Source: Octopus vulgaris (taxonomy: Eukaryota). Taken from it: a stretch of 64,000 nt of DNA. The notes beneath the pieces are model-generated. The model saw only the letters and a list, made by a program, of their open reading frames with translations. It was not told the DNA's origin and searched no databases. A program made the position numbers and the translations under genes. The stretch spans positions 46,066,001 through 46,130,000 of the forward strand of contig OX597835.1 in assembly GCA_951406725.2 (NCBI GenBank). The letters are read 5' to 3'. Positions 1 through 13,150 of the stretch are shown one piece after another; within the stretch, counting starts at the first letter, position 1, and each line of letters begins with the position of its first letter.

Positions 1-251
1 CGATAAAATAAGTGCCAGTTGAGCATAGGGCTCAATGTAATCGACTGAATTACTGGTATGTATGAGTATAGAACAATAAGCTGCATCCCTGTGTCAAGCC
101 ATGTCGAGCCAGTGTTGGAGAGTAGGCTTATCAAACCAAGATATCAGGCTCATATTCATAGCCTAAACATCAGATTTTGGAGAAAACACACCGAAGCCCT
201 CGTACCTGTAGTGCACTGAACACGGTCAATCCAATCCAGTCCAATCCCCAC

Positions 252-264
252 TCTCTCTCTCTCT

Positions 265-300
<36 letters not shown>

Positions 301-368
301 CTCTCTCTCTCTCTCTCTCTTTTTCTCTCTCTCTCTCTCTCTTTTTCTCTCTCTCTCTCTCTCTCTCT

Positions 369-400
<32 letters not shown>
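252..400. repeat. compound (CT)n/(AT)n microsatellite
   Basis: direct inspection. Confidence 0.95.
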
Positions 401-402
<2 letters not shown>

Positions 403-2723
403 GCAAACCTATATACATTTATATATAACTACACTGCCAAGCACACCCCATACACACAAAGACCCATTTCTGCACAATACGCTCATATACATATAGACAT
501 ACATGTGTGAGACTGTATGTATGTATATATGTAAGTATGCATCTATGCATGTATGTATATATGTAAATATGTATGTATGCATGTATGTATGTATGTATGT
601 ATTTACGATGAAAGTTAGGCGCAAAATGCGAAAGCGTAGAGGCGTTAAAGTTCGTTTATTCCTTTCATCACTAAGTTGCTGGTATCGCTGTTAGTTTTGT
701 CACCTTCGAATGTAAACGCTTCCACGAGCATTAATCAATATTATACTCCTTGTTTATTTCTTTTATCATATATGTTCTCCATAACAGTTTCAACTTTATC
801 TGCGAGTGCGCCTGTGTATATGTGTTTTTGTGTCTCTGTGTGTCTCGGTTATCGTATAAATCTTTACTCAGATTGTTATATATCATAAAATTTACTAGTA
901 CAAAAATCTTAAGATCGATATATCACATCTGTTTGTTGTGTACCGGGTTTTATATGTATTAGGCTAAGATACAAGGAAGCCTTTTAACATGAATAAGGAA
1001 ACGATAATAAATAGATTTATTATTTAAAACTTTTTGTTAAATCCGCAAAAAAAAAAATTAATTTTTAGTATATTTCTGAATATTATTTTTAGATCTGTGT
1101 ATTAGTTGGCAGGCAACCACAAATTCAATTGCAAATGTGCATTATACTACGTTACCCGTTTTTATTGGACGACATTTAAGTTTTTTGTGGTCAATAACCG
1201 AAAGCTTACAATTTCAAGCTGGCCCCCCCACAATATGTCTAGACACCTCAATTTTATAGGCCACCTCTTTGAATGTCCTGCGAATATCATGTTCTATTTA
1301 ACCTTAGTGTCGACAATAACGTTTTAAAAAACATGAACATTTTATCATTATATACGTTATACAGCGCCGCCTAATCTTTACTCTATTACTATAGTCGTCC
1401 AGAGATGATTCGGTTTGCGGTTCCTCCGCACAAAATTTGACCACCTAACTGGATATTTTGCTACTACTCTATAATCTGCAGCGCTTTTACATTCGACAGT
1501 ATTTAGAAGGAACTGTATGTTATCTAGGGAATATATATATATATGGTCATATGTTTCAGTCTCCATTTGCGCATGTGTGCTTGTCTGTTCTTATAACCTA
1601 TGTACCTTTCCGTCTGTATATTTTCATGTCTATATACTTATATACATGTGCATATACACATATATACATATATATACACACGCACATATTATTACAGCAT
1701 CCATGTAATAATTTAAATTATTTTTTAAGGGAAGGTTAATCTCCGATATTATATTAGGCTTTTAAGAATATCTACGTAAATATTCACAAGGTTGGAAAGT
1801 AATATGTATTCCTTACATTTAAAATTACAATCAGTTTTCAGATCTGTGAAGAGTGATATAAATATTTCTTTATATTTTTCCACATTTCTCTCTGACACAC
1901 CATTAGATCACATTGAAAATTTGGTTAACAATATATTTACAACAGACAGTTTTCCCGTTAAGCTAACCAAAAATCAATTATCAAATAAGAAACTACGTTG
2001 TTTAAAATATACTGTATGAGAGGAGCATGAAAATAGCATTCATGTTAATTTTAAACTATTGTAATTACAGAATTGTTACGTAAATAAAAAATTACGGTGT
2101 AAAACGTTAATTATGACAGGTTGTGCTAAGTGAGATTTATTTTGGTGATATATTATTTCTAGTAATTTTACTCAATTTATTTCTGTTCTCTGTGCAACAG
2201 TTTGAAGGGTTATCTGCGTCTTCCATGCATAAATATATTCGTCGATTTATGAATCTACATGAACACAGCTAAGAAAATATATGAATCCAAATTTATGTTT
2301 GTATGTGAGCGGGTATTTATATATGTAGATGTGCATGTATATTTGTATGTACATTTGTATATACGTATATATGTACATTTGAGATTTATTTAACTCCATT
2401 TGCAACCTTGCTCGCGGTTGTGTACAAAGGGACAATGCTCTTAATAGCACCAATTTTATTAGTAGTCTGAGCTGTTTGATGTAGGCATATATGTATCAAA
2501 ATTTGCAAGTGTGTATAAGTATATACGTTCATGTATGCACGTATGCATGCATGCATGTATGTATGTATGTAAGTATATATGTAAGTATGTATGTATGTAT
2601 ATATGCATGTATGTATGTATGTATGTATGTATGTATGCATGCATGCATGCATGTATGTATGTAAGTATATATGTAAGTATCTATGTATGTATATATGTAT
2701 GTATGCATGTATGTATGTATGTA

Positions 2724-3215
2724 TAATGACATGCATAAGATCTGGTCATCAAATCTAAGTAGAGACTTCAAACTTGAAATATTCAAAGCCACAGTCGAAC
2801 CAATTCTACTATATGGCTCAGAAACCTGGACGTTATCAAAGAAGCTTGAGAGGCTGTTGGATGGAACCTACACTCGCCTCCTTATGAGAGCTCAAAATCT
2901 CTCGTCGAAGCGCCATCCAACCAAAATGCAAATATATGGGAAACTACCACCTGTGTCATCTCTTGTGAAAGGTAGGAGAGTCCAGTTTGCTGGACATTGT
3001 TGTAGAGCTGAAAAGGAAGTAATTTCTACTCTTCTCCTCTGGAAGCCACCTACTCGCAATACCAGAGGGCGCACACTCTCCTACCCTGATGTAATCTCCA
3101 GGGATACAGGCATCCAGCAACAGGACCTCCGTAATGCTATGATGGACCGTGAAGTCTGGCGTAACATAGTAAATTCCATTGTCTCGACCACGGTCGAACA
3201 ATGATGATGATGATG
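2724..3215 (+). mobile_element. 5'-truncated RTE-clade LINE, C-terminal part of RT ORF with (TGA)n tail
   Basis: Open frame HKIWSSNLSRDFKLEIFKATVEPILLYGSETWTL...FAGHCCR...MMDREVWR matches RTE C-terminal motifs (LLYGSETW, FAGH, DR..WR); ends in atgatgatgatgatg; sits in a (TATG)n tract. Confidence 0.9.
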
Positions 3216-3354
3216 TATATATGTATGTGTGCAATATATATGTATGCATTTAATATTCATTTCTGTTTAATTTCCGAAAACTCCAGCCACTTACTTACAA
3301 TGTGAAGAAGCACTTTTGAGAAAGTGAAGACAGCGCTTGAGGTTTTAGCTGGTG

Positions 3355-3678
3355 AGGTGGGCGTGTGGTTTAGTGGTCAGATGCATGTACCTCACGATCG
3401 TAAGTTTCTCAGTTCGATTCCCGCCGCTCGTTCGGGTTCTTCAACAAAACGCTTTCTTTCACGTTACTCCAGTCTATTCCGCTGGCAAAAATAAGTTGTA
3501 CGTGTAATTCAAAGGACGAGACTTGTCACATTCTATGTCACGCTGAATCTCCTTGAGAACTACGTTAAGGGTACACATATTTGAGGAGTTTTCTGCCACC
3601 TCCACGTTAAGTTCAGGAAGAGGGGGTTCTGTTGATTGGATCAATTCGAACTCTCGTCGTCGTAAAGACGGTGTGCCA
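3355..3678 (+). mobile_element. diverged tRNA-derived SINE (tRNA-Arg-headed family body)
   Basis: A-box-like tggtttagtgg, B-box gttcgattccc; body gtcacgctgaatctcc..gagaactacgttaagggtacac shared with 4188-4578. Confidence 0.8.
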
Positions 3679-4112
3679 GAGGTAGGATTTCTGGTTATTT
3701 AAATCGTTTCCTAGACTCTGCACTTGCGCTTCACAGGGTATAAGCTTATATGCATGCTGGGATGTATATATGTAGTTAGATACGGAGACACCTGAGCGAT
3801 TTATTTAAATTTTCTCTTTACAGAATTGAAAGCGGCGAAGAAATGACAAATAACTTTTACTGTCGTCAAGAGAGTTCTTCAGGTGTGGTTTTACTTAAAT
3901 TTCTTTCAAATTTTTCATTTTATATTTTAGTTGTTTCACTCATTGAGGACGGGATAAACTGAAGTACCGCCCTCAGGGGTTTAGTTGTAGTAATTGACGT
4001 ATTTCTTGTTTTAAGTTTCGTATTTAATTTATTGGTCTCTCAGGCCTAACTGCTTAATAAATGAACCAGCTTTAGTCAAACATTGTCGGTGGTGAAAAAC
4101 ACAGGCACAACG

Positions 4113-4148
<36 letters not shown>

Positions 4149-4187
4149 GTATGTATATATGTATAAGAATATATATATATATATATA

Positions 4188-4575
4188 GTGGAAGTGGAAG
4201 CACTCCGTCGGTTACGACGACGAGGGTTCCGGTTGATCCGAATCAACGGAACAGCCTGCTCGTGAAATTAACGTGTAAGTGGCTGAGTACTCCACAGACA
4301 CGTGTACCCTTAACGTAGTTCTCGGGGATATTCAGCGTGACACAGAGAGTGACAAGGCCGGCCCTTTGAAATACAGGTACAACAGAAACAGGAAGTAAGA
4401 GTGAGAGAAAGTTGTGGTGAAAGAGTACAGCAGGGATCACCACCATCCCCTGCCGGAGCCACGTGGAGCTTTAGGCGTTTTCGCTCAATAAACACTCACA
4501 ACGCCCGGTCTGGGAATCGAAACCGCGATCCTTTGACCGCGAGTCCGCTGCCCTAACTACTGGGCCATTGCACCT

Positions 4576-4578
<3 letters not shown>
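4188..4578 (-). mobile_element. full-length tRNA-Arg-headed SINE (octopus OR-like)
   Basis: Minus strand ggaggtgcaatggcccagtagttagggcagcggacTCGcgg...gtttcgattccc (tRNA-like head, TCG anticodon position); body repeated elsewhere in window; flanked by (TA)n. Confidence 0.88.
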
Positions 4579-4613
<35 letters not shown>

Positions 4614-4648
4614 TATATATATATAATATATATATGCATGTATATATA

Positions 4649-4765
<117 letters not shown>

Positions 4766-5003
4766 TCATACACTTTTGTTGCACTCACCTGCCTTTAGAA
4801 AACGTATGAGGGTTGGACATCAAATCGACATTACCTGAACAGGTGCATCGTGTGCCACGTGTGAGATGACGAAATTATCGCAAAGCAACGTGAAATGAAG
4901 TATTTTGCTTAAGAACACAACGTAACACCCGCTCTGGGAATCGAAACCACGATCTCACAATCGTGAGTGCAAAAGCATAACTAATATATAGATATATATA
5001 CAC

Positions 5004-5186
5004 AAGTGGCTGTGTGGTAAGTAGCTTGCTAACCAACCACACGGTTCCGGGTTCAGTCCCACTGCGTGGCATCTTGGGCAAGTGTCTTCTGATATCGCCC
5101 CGGGCCGACCAATTGCCTTGTGAGTGGATTTGGTAGACAGAAACTGAAAGAAGCCTGTCGTATATATGTATATATATATATATGTA

Positions 5187-5235
<49 letters not shown>

Positions 5236-5433
5236 GTTTATCCCCCTAGCATTGCTTGACAACCGATGTTGATGTGTTTACGTCCCCGTCACTTAGCGGT
5301 TCGGCAAAAGAGACTGATAGAATAAGTACTGGGCTTACAAAATAATAAGACCCGGGCTCGAGTTGCTCGATTAAATGCGGTGCTCCAGCATGGCCGCAAT
5401 CAAATGACTGAAACAAGTAAAAGAGTAAAAGAG
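5004..5433 (+). mobile_element. tRNA-derived CORE-like SINE with internal (TA)/(TG) microsatellite
   Basis: gtggctgtgtggtaag...gggttcagtccc head, ttgggcaagt CORE-like motif, tandem tail gtaaaagagtaaaagag; fragments recur at ~5640-5765, 11167-11230, 47190-47312, 60575-60692. Confidence 0.8.
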
Positions 5434-5470
<37 letters not shown>

Positions 5471-5551
5471 TCTCATTTACATACACATATTTTTTTAGAT
5501 ACACACACACAGACATATATATATACTTACATACATATCTATGTATTAATT

Positions 5552-5625
<74 letters not shown>

Positions 5626-7122
5626 GGTCTTTCGCACAGCTTCAGTGACCCATATTCCCCCACAAAGCATTTCAGAATCTATAGTAGATGACACTTGTCA
5701 ATGTGCCGCAGTGTAACGGAACCGGAAACCAAATGAATCAATTCGAGCTTCTTAACCACACAACCGGTGATTCATTTATGCATCTATGTAAATTTATACG
5801 TATGCGTGTTCATATGTATACGTGCGAGCTTTTGTGTTTGTATGTGTATGTTCGCGTATGTGTACTCAATATGTATACATGATTGTATGCATGTGGGTAT
5901 CCAGAAACCTCGAACGAAGAGGACCCTGGAATATTATACCTCTACAAAATTACTGATATAATTCTGAGACAGAAAAAGAAAAATAATATGGTACAATATA
6001 GCGATGTAACAATAAAGTGTTTTAAGAACATTTGGTTAGAAGCAATATTCTAGATTCACACTCCTGGAATATTATCGATCTCTGCCTATCAGTAAGACAC
6101 AAGACTGCTCAAATATATAACAATAATGATTCAAATATTTAGATATAATTCTCAGTAGAAATAAACCTCATCAAAGAAGTACGTCATTGTATGTTTAGTT
6201 ATCTTACATGTGACCACGTCCCTTTATATGTACTGGATATTATAGAGGACATATTCCCCCAACGCAAGCATAGGCTTATGTAGGGATTAACGATTAGTCG
6301 TTAAACCGTACACTACTTTTCATGAATTATATGGAAACAGAAAACACTTCATTTACAGTTCCAGAAATCACGGCTAATGAATCACTGTTTACAATCTTAA
6401 GGATAATAAGCTCCATAGAAATCCTACTTCAACTGATGAAGATACTCTATAAGACCTAAAACAAACACAGCGTGAAAATGCCATTTATAATCCCTCACTT
6501 GTCCAACTCGCCATTATTATTTAAAAGCGTAATCAATAAAATTAGGAGAGAGACTCCCCACACTTCTAATAGAGTGCTCCTTGATAGAGCTATCAAATAT
6601 GCAATAACAGTTTAGCATATATGTGTGTGTGTTTGTGTGTGAGTGTGTTTGAGTGTGTGCGTTTGTGTGTGTATGTATGTGTGTGTGTGTAAGTGTGAGT
6701 GTGTGTGTGTGAGAGTGGATGTAGGCAGGATAAAATCCAGGCTATGTTCTCGTGAGGAACACCAGTATTACGATCCAGGATGTATTTAATGTCGTTGTTT
6801 AGGTGATGTGAGATACGCATTACAGTGGAAAATTCTGGAAATATTGGTTGCAGAGTTATTACATACAAAAAGAGGAAGTTGGAAAATTTTTCGGTATCAT
6901 TCCTTCACCTCACTTTGCCTTTCATCCTTCCAGATTTTGCATAAACTTTTCTCTCATACGGACGCATAAAGCATAAGAGGACGCGTATATGCATATTGCT
7001 ATCAGTTGACAATTTCCTCTGTCTTAACGTTCTGAGTTCAAAGTCTATAAATTAAGTACCAGTTGCATACTGGGATCATCTGGCCCCTTCTCCGCAAAAG
7101 TTCGGTCCTTGTGCCTAGAGTA

Positions 7123-7185
<63 letters not shown>

Positions 7186-7189
<4 letters not shown>

Positions 7190-7589
7190 AAAGGGTGAAA
7201 TTAATTAATTAGGGATAATTATCAATTACACCAAGTAGATTTCGGTATGTAAAAGCCCCATTCGAGGAAAATTTAAGTAATACTAAGTAATTAAGGGTTT
7301 AGCAACGAATTGCCTCACCAACACACCGAATTTAGAAATAGCAGTCAAAGAGATATAGCTATTCCTTCTACTAAAAGGGGGATCTCAGTAAAAACACAGC
7401 ACTTAAAAGGCAAACACAGACAGGTAAGAAAGAAAGAATGAAATGACGGCAATCCATCATGCAATTTTAAGTTACCTACGGACGTACGTTTCGAGATCAA
7501 GTTTTAGGATTTTAGGTTTTCCCCCTTTTAGTAGAAGGAATAGCTATATCTCTTTGACTGCTATTTCTAAATTCGGTGTGTTGGTGAGG

Positions 7590-7590
<1 letters not shown>
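7186..7590 (-). mobile_element. Penelope-like terminal remnant with perfect 71-bp inverted repeat, embedded in (TA)n
   Basis: 7312-7382 is the exact reverse complement of 7520-7590; GAAACGTACGTC hammerhead half at 7481-7492 (-); related copy at 9032-9210. Confidence 0.6.
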
Positions 7591-7663
<73 letters not shown>

Positions 7664-7839
7664 GGCTAAGGAAAGAGAGAAGATAGAATATACGAGAATT
7701 TATTATCAGGTCATCCAATAAGTTCTGTCCGATTTTACTTTTTTAAGCTAAATAGCTTTGTCAGTTTATAGAAACTACCATAGGAGTCATGGGCTGAGTC
7801 AGTAAAATAGTAACGGGAAAAATTATATACATATACAGA

Positions 7840-8175
7840 GTGGAGGAGCCATGGCTCAGTGGTTGAGGTAGCGAAATCGAGGTCGTAGTGATTGTTGAGC
7901 GAAAACACCGAGGCTCCGGCAAGGGGTGGTGGTGAACCCTGCTGTACACTTCATAACAATTTTCTCTCACTCTTTATTCCTCTTTCTGTTGTACCTTTAT
8001 TTCAAAGGGGCCAGCATAGTCACATTCTGTGTCACGTTGAATCACCCCGAGAACTACGTTAGGGGTTCACGTGTCTGTGGATGGCTCAGCCACTTGCACG
8101 TTAATTTGATGAGCAGGCCGTTCTGTTGATCGGATCAACTGGAACCCTCGTCGTCGTAACCGACGGAGTGCCACG
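7840..8175 (+). mobile_element. tRNA-Arg-headed SINE copy, internally deleted
   Basis: homologous to reverse complement of 4188-4578. Confidence 0.85.
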
Positions 8176-8294
8176 GCGACATATACAACGTGAGTGAGCG
8201 AGGTAAAGAGAGAGAGAGAGAGAGAGAGAGAGAAGTGCGATCCGAAAAGATATTGGCAGTTAGTAAAAATCAAGCATATTCCTGGCTTGTACAG

Positions 8295-8650
8295 ACAACT
8301 TTCCAGGAAATAATTCTCCCACTACTCGAAACTTTCCAGGAAGTAATTCCGCCTCGTCCTCTGATCTTTGCAGGAAGTTATTCCTCCACTTCCCCCCTTC
8401 TCGGACCTTTCCACGAAATAACTCATTTCCCTCATCGGGACTTTCCAGAAAGTAAATCCTACCTTTCCTCCCCCTCCTCCGAACTTTCCAGGAATTAATT
8501 CCTCCCATTCCACCCCTCCTCGCCAATTTCCAGGAAGCATTTCTTCCCCTCCTCTCCTTCTTCCCCTTCCTCGGAACTTTCCAGGAAGTCGATCCTCCCC
8601 TTCCTCCTCCTCCACAGAACTTTCCTGGGAATAATTCATCAAACTTCCCC
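8295..8650. repeat. ~35-50 bp degenerate minisatellite with core aactttccaggaagtaattcctccc
   Basis: about 9 recurrences of tt(t)ccaggaa or a variant. Confidence 0.85.
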
Positions 8651-8679
8651 CCTTATGTCCAGCGTGTACTGTATTTACA

Positions 8680-9000
8680 CTACTGGAACTCTGTCTGTTA
8701 CAACAACGAAATTTCCAGTTGATTCGATCAGCGGAATATCAAACTAGTGGAATTAACGAAGAAGAGGCTTGGCACTCCACAAATACTTGTACGTTTAACG
8801 TAGTTCTTAGGGTGCTTTAGGGTGACACAGTAGGTGATAAAGCCGGTCCTTCGATATACAGGTACTACTTCTTTTAGCGGGATGAATAGACTAGAGTTAT
8901 GTGGAAGAAAATGTCTTGCTCAAGGACGCGACGCGCTGACGGGAAGCGAACTCACAATCTTATGATCCTCAGCCCACTACCCCAACCACTCTAAGTCGCA
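8680..9000 (-). mobile_element. diverged tRNA-derived SINE copy
   Basis: similar to 4200-4380 body plus degenerate head. Confidence 0.65.
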
Positions 9001-9326
9001 CACCATTCCTTATGCATATATATATATATATGATAACAAAGGGTAAAATTAATTAATTAAGAAATAATCAATAATTTCACCAAGTAGAATTCGGCATGAA
9101 AAAGACCATTTCACGGTAACCTTAAGAAATAGCTAAGGTATTTTGACTGCTATTTCTAAACTTCGGTATGTGGTAAAGCAAATCTTTGCTGAACTATAAT
9201 TATAAAGTATGTATATATATATATATATATATATATAAACATATACATATATGCATGCATGTATGTTTAAACAGGAATGTGTGTATACATATATAAAGAT
9301 ATACTTTATATATAAATATGCATACT

Positions 9327-9418
<92 letters not shown>

Positions 9419-9876
9419 ATATTAGTATGTATGTAAAATCTTGAAGTTTTAGCCTTTGGCAAAAGATAACATCGAAAACACAACTATATATTTTTCTTTC
9501 GTTTTGAGTGTTTAGATTTTGGGGGAAATTGTTTTATTTGACTATTTTTAATTTCTTCATATTTTTCTCAGAATTTTTTTACGATTTTTCACTGATTTTT
9601 TTTAACTGTTGTTTGCAATTGTTTTTCAATAAATTCTGGTGAAGTCAATAAACTTCATTCATATGAAATGCGACAAAACAACAAACACAAACAGAACAAA
9701 GAGAAACCGAGGAACAACAAGTGCAAACAGAAAGTTAGTGACGAGCTATTATTATTCACATAATAAAATAACAAATATTCTTTTTTTTTTTTTTTCGTGT
9801 AGCAAACGGAAATAAAGTGTAAAATGAATGCTTTTAGGAAAGCCGGAAACAGATATAGATATATGGAGAGAACATA

Positions 9877-9877
<1 letters not shown>

Positions 9878-9946
<69 letters not shown>

Positions 9947-9983
9947 GGTGGTGGTGGTGGTGGTGGTGGTGGTGGTGGTGGTG

Positions 9984-10036
<53 letters not shown>

Positions 10037-10049
10037 GGTGGTGGTGGTG

Positions 10050-10108
<59 letters not shown>

Positions 10109-10124
10109 GGTGGTGGTGGTGGTG

Positions 10125-10180
<56 letters not shown>

Positions 10181-10199
10181 GGTGGTGGTGGTGGTGGTG

Positions 10200-10283
<84 letters not shown>

Positions 10284-10394
10284 GTTGTTGTAGTAGTAGC
10301 AGTAGTTGTAGTAGTAGTAGTAGTAATAGTAGTAGTAGTAGTAGTAGTAGTTGTAGTAGTAGTAGTAGTAGTGGTGGTGGTGGTGGTGGTGGTG

Positions 10395-10493
<99 letters not shown>

Positions 10494-10545
10494 GTTGTTG
10501 TTGTAGTAGTAGCAGTAGTTGTAGTAGTAGTAGTAGTAGTAGTAA

Positions 10546-10582
<37 letters not shown>

Positions 10583-10620
10583 TGTAGTAGTAGTAGTAGT
10601 AGCAGTAGTAGTAGTAGTAA

Positions 10621-10662
<42 letters not shown>
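9878..10662. repeat. ~785-bp compound (GTA)n/(GTG)n trinucleotide array
   Basis: direct inspection; source of poly-T/V/Y-H artefact ORFs. Confidence 0.98.
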
Positions 10663-10663
<1 letters not shown>

Positions 10664-11399
10664 TGCTCTTTCTGTTATAGACACATGACATGTAATGTGA
10701 GGGAAGGGGTCAGATTGAATAATAATTTTGAAAACAATACAGATAGCCTGCAAAAACAAACATGGCTGCTGTAGATAATATAGATAAGATTCAATATAAA
10801 CGTTCTTTTACGTAATTCCAGGGTAAATATTGCAGGTTTGCCTACGCGGGATTTTGCTGTGTACGTAGTTCTCTCGCCTTTAAGTGTATGCCAGACACAT
10901 TGATTACATCCACCTTCCTCTTCTCTCATCCCCACTCTTTCTCTCTACGACCCTCTGACCCACACTCTCTCTACTCCCCATTTCTCTCTATCAATCTTTG
11001 ATACTGTCAGTATAGTTTCTGTATAATCTGCTATTTGAGTTTCGGCCAATGGAGAGCGCTGAAACATGGCTTCGGCATTTATATGATATTTGATTGATCT
11101 TCTCAGAAATGGAAAAGGATACGTCCACTTTCTTTTGTTTTAAGTTATAAAAAACGTTTAATAGTGCGCAGGCGAGCGAAGCTGTGTGATAAGTAGCTTG
11201 CTTCCTAACCGCATGCTTCCGGGTTCATTTAATTTGGCTGATGTATTGATTGTTAGTTCATATCACATAACAAATATTTTTTTTCTTTTCTAGACATAAT
11301 TACCCTAAAGAATACCTGTTGATATTAATATAAATTCTTCCTCGTTGTTACAGGTAAAATAAAACCCTGTACAACCTGTAATACGGTCCACTTGTTGGT

Positions 11400-12350
11400 G
11401 ACTTATCCCGTAGCACCAACATTTTGCTAGTAACTCAGTAGGATGAAAAAATACGTTTCAAAAGGAAGGATGCGTCACGTAGTGATTCAACCATCAGTGA
11501 GCTATATAGTGTGGGAGTAAAGAATATAGTACGATGGTAGGTAAGCTCATAGTAAAACTAGTTGCGTGCGATGAACTTCCGAGATATCACCGTGTCACTC
11601 GCATTTCAGAATTCTTTACCCCAGTAGATGATGGTTACTTTTGGCCCTAACCGACGGACGTACTTCTATGGTAAAACAGATTAAAAACATTCATTGCATT
11701 ATATCCTGGCGTATGTAAAATTATTTTGACAATATCCAGGTGATTAGAACATGTTTGCTGATGAGAACGGTTGCTTACTTTATACGTTTCTTTATTGCCC
11801 ACAGGGGGCTAGACACAGAGGGGACAAACAAGGACAGTCAACGGGATTAAGTCGATTGCATCGTCCCTAGCGCGTAACTGGTACTTACTTAATCGACACC
11901 GAAAGGATGAATGGCAGAGTCGACCTCCGCGGAATTTGAACTCAGAACGCAACAGCAGACGAAATGCCGCTTAGCATTCCACTCGGCATGCTAATGATTC
12001 TGCCAGCTCGCCGCCCTGCTTACTTTATAATCACTTAAGAAGACTTCTTGGAGAATGTCTAAATGTGCAATGTGTAAGTTGAAACAATATTTTCCCAATG
12101 TAATTATTAATGCAACGTTACTGCAATGTTGTAAATTTGTGATATGTGTGGTAGGAACTTGAATAATGATCAGCTCTCATATCACCGTCACATCCGTGCT
12201 AATCCTTAAACTTCGTGACAGTGACTGATTGAAGTATTTCCGTGCAACGTTATCAAAGTTTTAGGTGCATGCAATCATGAATAAATATATTACATAAATC
12301 GAACGTTGAATTATCAACATTCTCTGAAGTATTATTTGCGTTGGAAGGAA
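11400..12350 (+). mobile_element. possible highly degraded Gypsy-type pol remnant, interrupted by a SINE
   Basis: colinear faint motifs resembling YHQ (gatatcac), FGLT (tttggccctaacc), VTD and HSLKY (cattctctgaagtat); many frameshifts. Confidence 0.3.
11787..12016 (-). mobile_element. Nin-type tRNA-derived SINE with 13-bp TSD
   Basis: family consensus ggcggcgagctggcaga...gttcaaattccgc...gcctttcatcctttcgg; tgcttactttata on both sides. Confidence 0.9.
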
Positions 12351-12945
12351 ATGGTATAGTTATAAGTCGAATGACAATATCCATCATCATTCTTAAGTCT
12401 TCATAAACCAATTAGGAAAAAGGTAAAAGTTACTACTGCATCTAAAGCCAGATCCAGATGATCGAAGTAAAAGGTGTGTCCCACTCAAAGAAACTCAGGG
12501 TTATTTGATGGCATTGATTCAGACAAGATATTAAGTGTAATATCTCGCTAAGATATTTTCCATCCGATTACCTACAGTTTCCTTCAACCCTGTATCTCCC
12601 CAAAGACTAGCTCGACTAGTGACAATCGCACAACAAATTACTCAATGTACCATAGAGTAGGAACGAAAACAGAAACATGTTTGCGATGCAAAGTGAACTG
12701 CCTAACCCCACGACTAATCTTACTCACATTGTTAGTTCGGTTGTATAACACTATTATATAATGCCACCAAATCGGTTGGATTCTTGACGTTGTTTCAACT
12801 AAAATGATTTAAAAAAATTATTCAAATTTAAATTAATTGCAATCGTCACGAAAAGTATTCGTGCGGGGAAAATATTGTGACACATCTTGCATGGAAGATA
12901 AAAACTTAAGAATCAATGATTTCTTTTGATATTAAGAACTGAAAA

Positions 12946-13150
12946 ATCGACGAATTGGCAGAATCGTTATGACACCGGGAAACTGCTTACCGGCATTTCG
13001 TCCGTCTTTACGTTCTGAGTTCAAATTCCGAAAACATGTCCTTTGCCTTTCCTCCTTTTAGGTCGATAAAAAAAGAGGCAGTAAGACACGGGGGTCGATG
13101 CAATCGACTAGTACCCCTCACTCCTAGAGTTCAGGCCCTATGCCTATAAT
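12946..13150 (+). mobile_element. Nin-type SINE, diverged
   Basis: tacgttctgagttcaaattcc...gcctttcctcc...ggtcgata. Confidence 0.8.

Noticed and set aside
4500-4578. tRNA-Arg gene
   Set aside because: It is the head of a SINE with a continuous body and has an imperfect cloverleaf.
6009-6590. Possible Penelope GIY-YIG/3' relic with CTGATGA at ~6433
   Set aside because: Too degraded; no GAAA partner or clear protein motif.
8295-8650. CRISPR-like repeat-spacer pattern
   Set aside because: Repeats are degenerate, spacers resemble each other, there are no cas genes, and the context is eukaryotic.
9752-10759. 335-aa poly-Thr mucin-like ORF and overlapping poly-Val and poly-Tyr/His ORFs
   Set aside because: Translation of a pure trinucleotide array that is open in several frames; no signal peptide or splice support.
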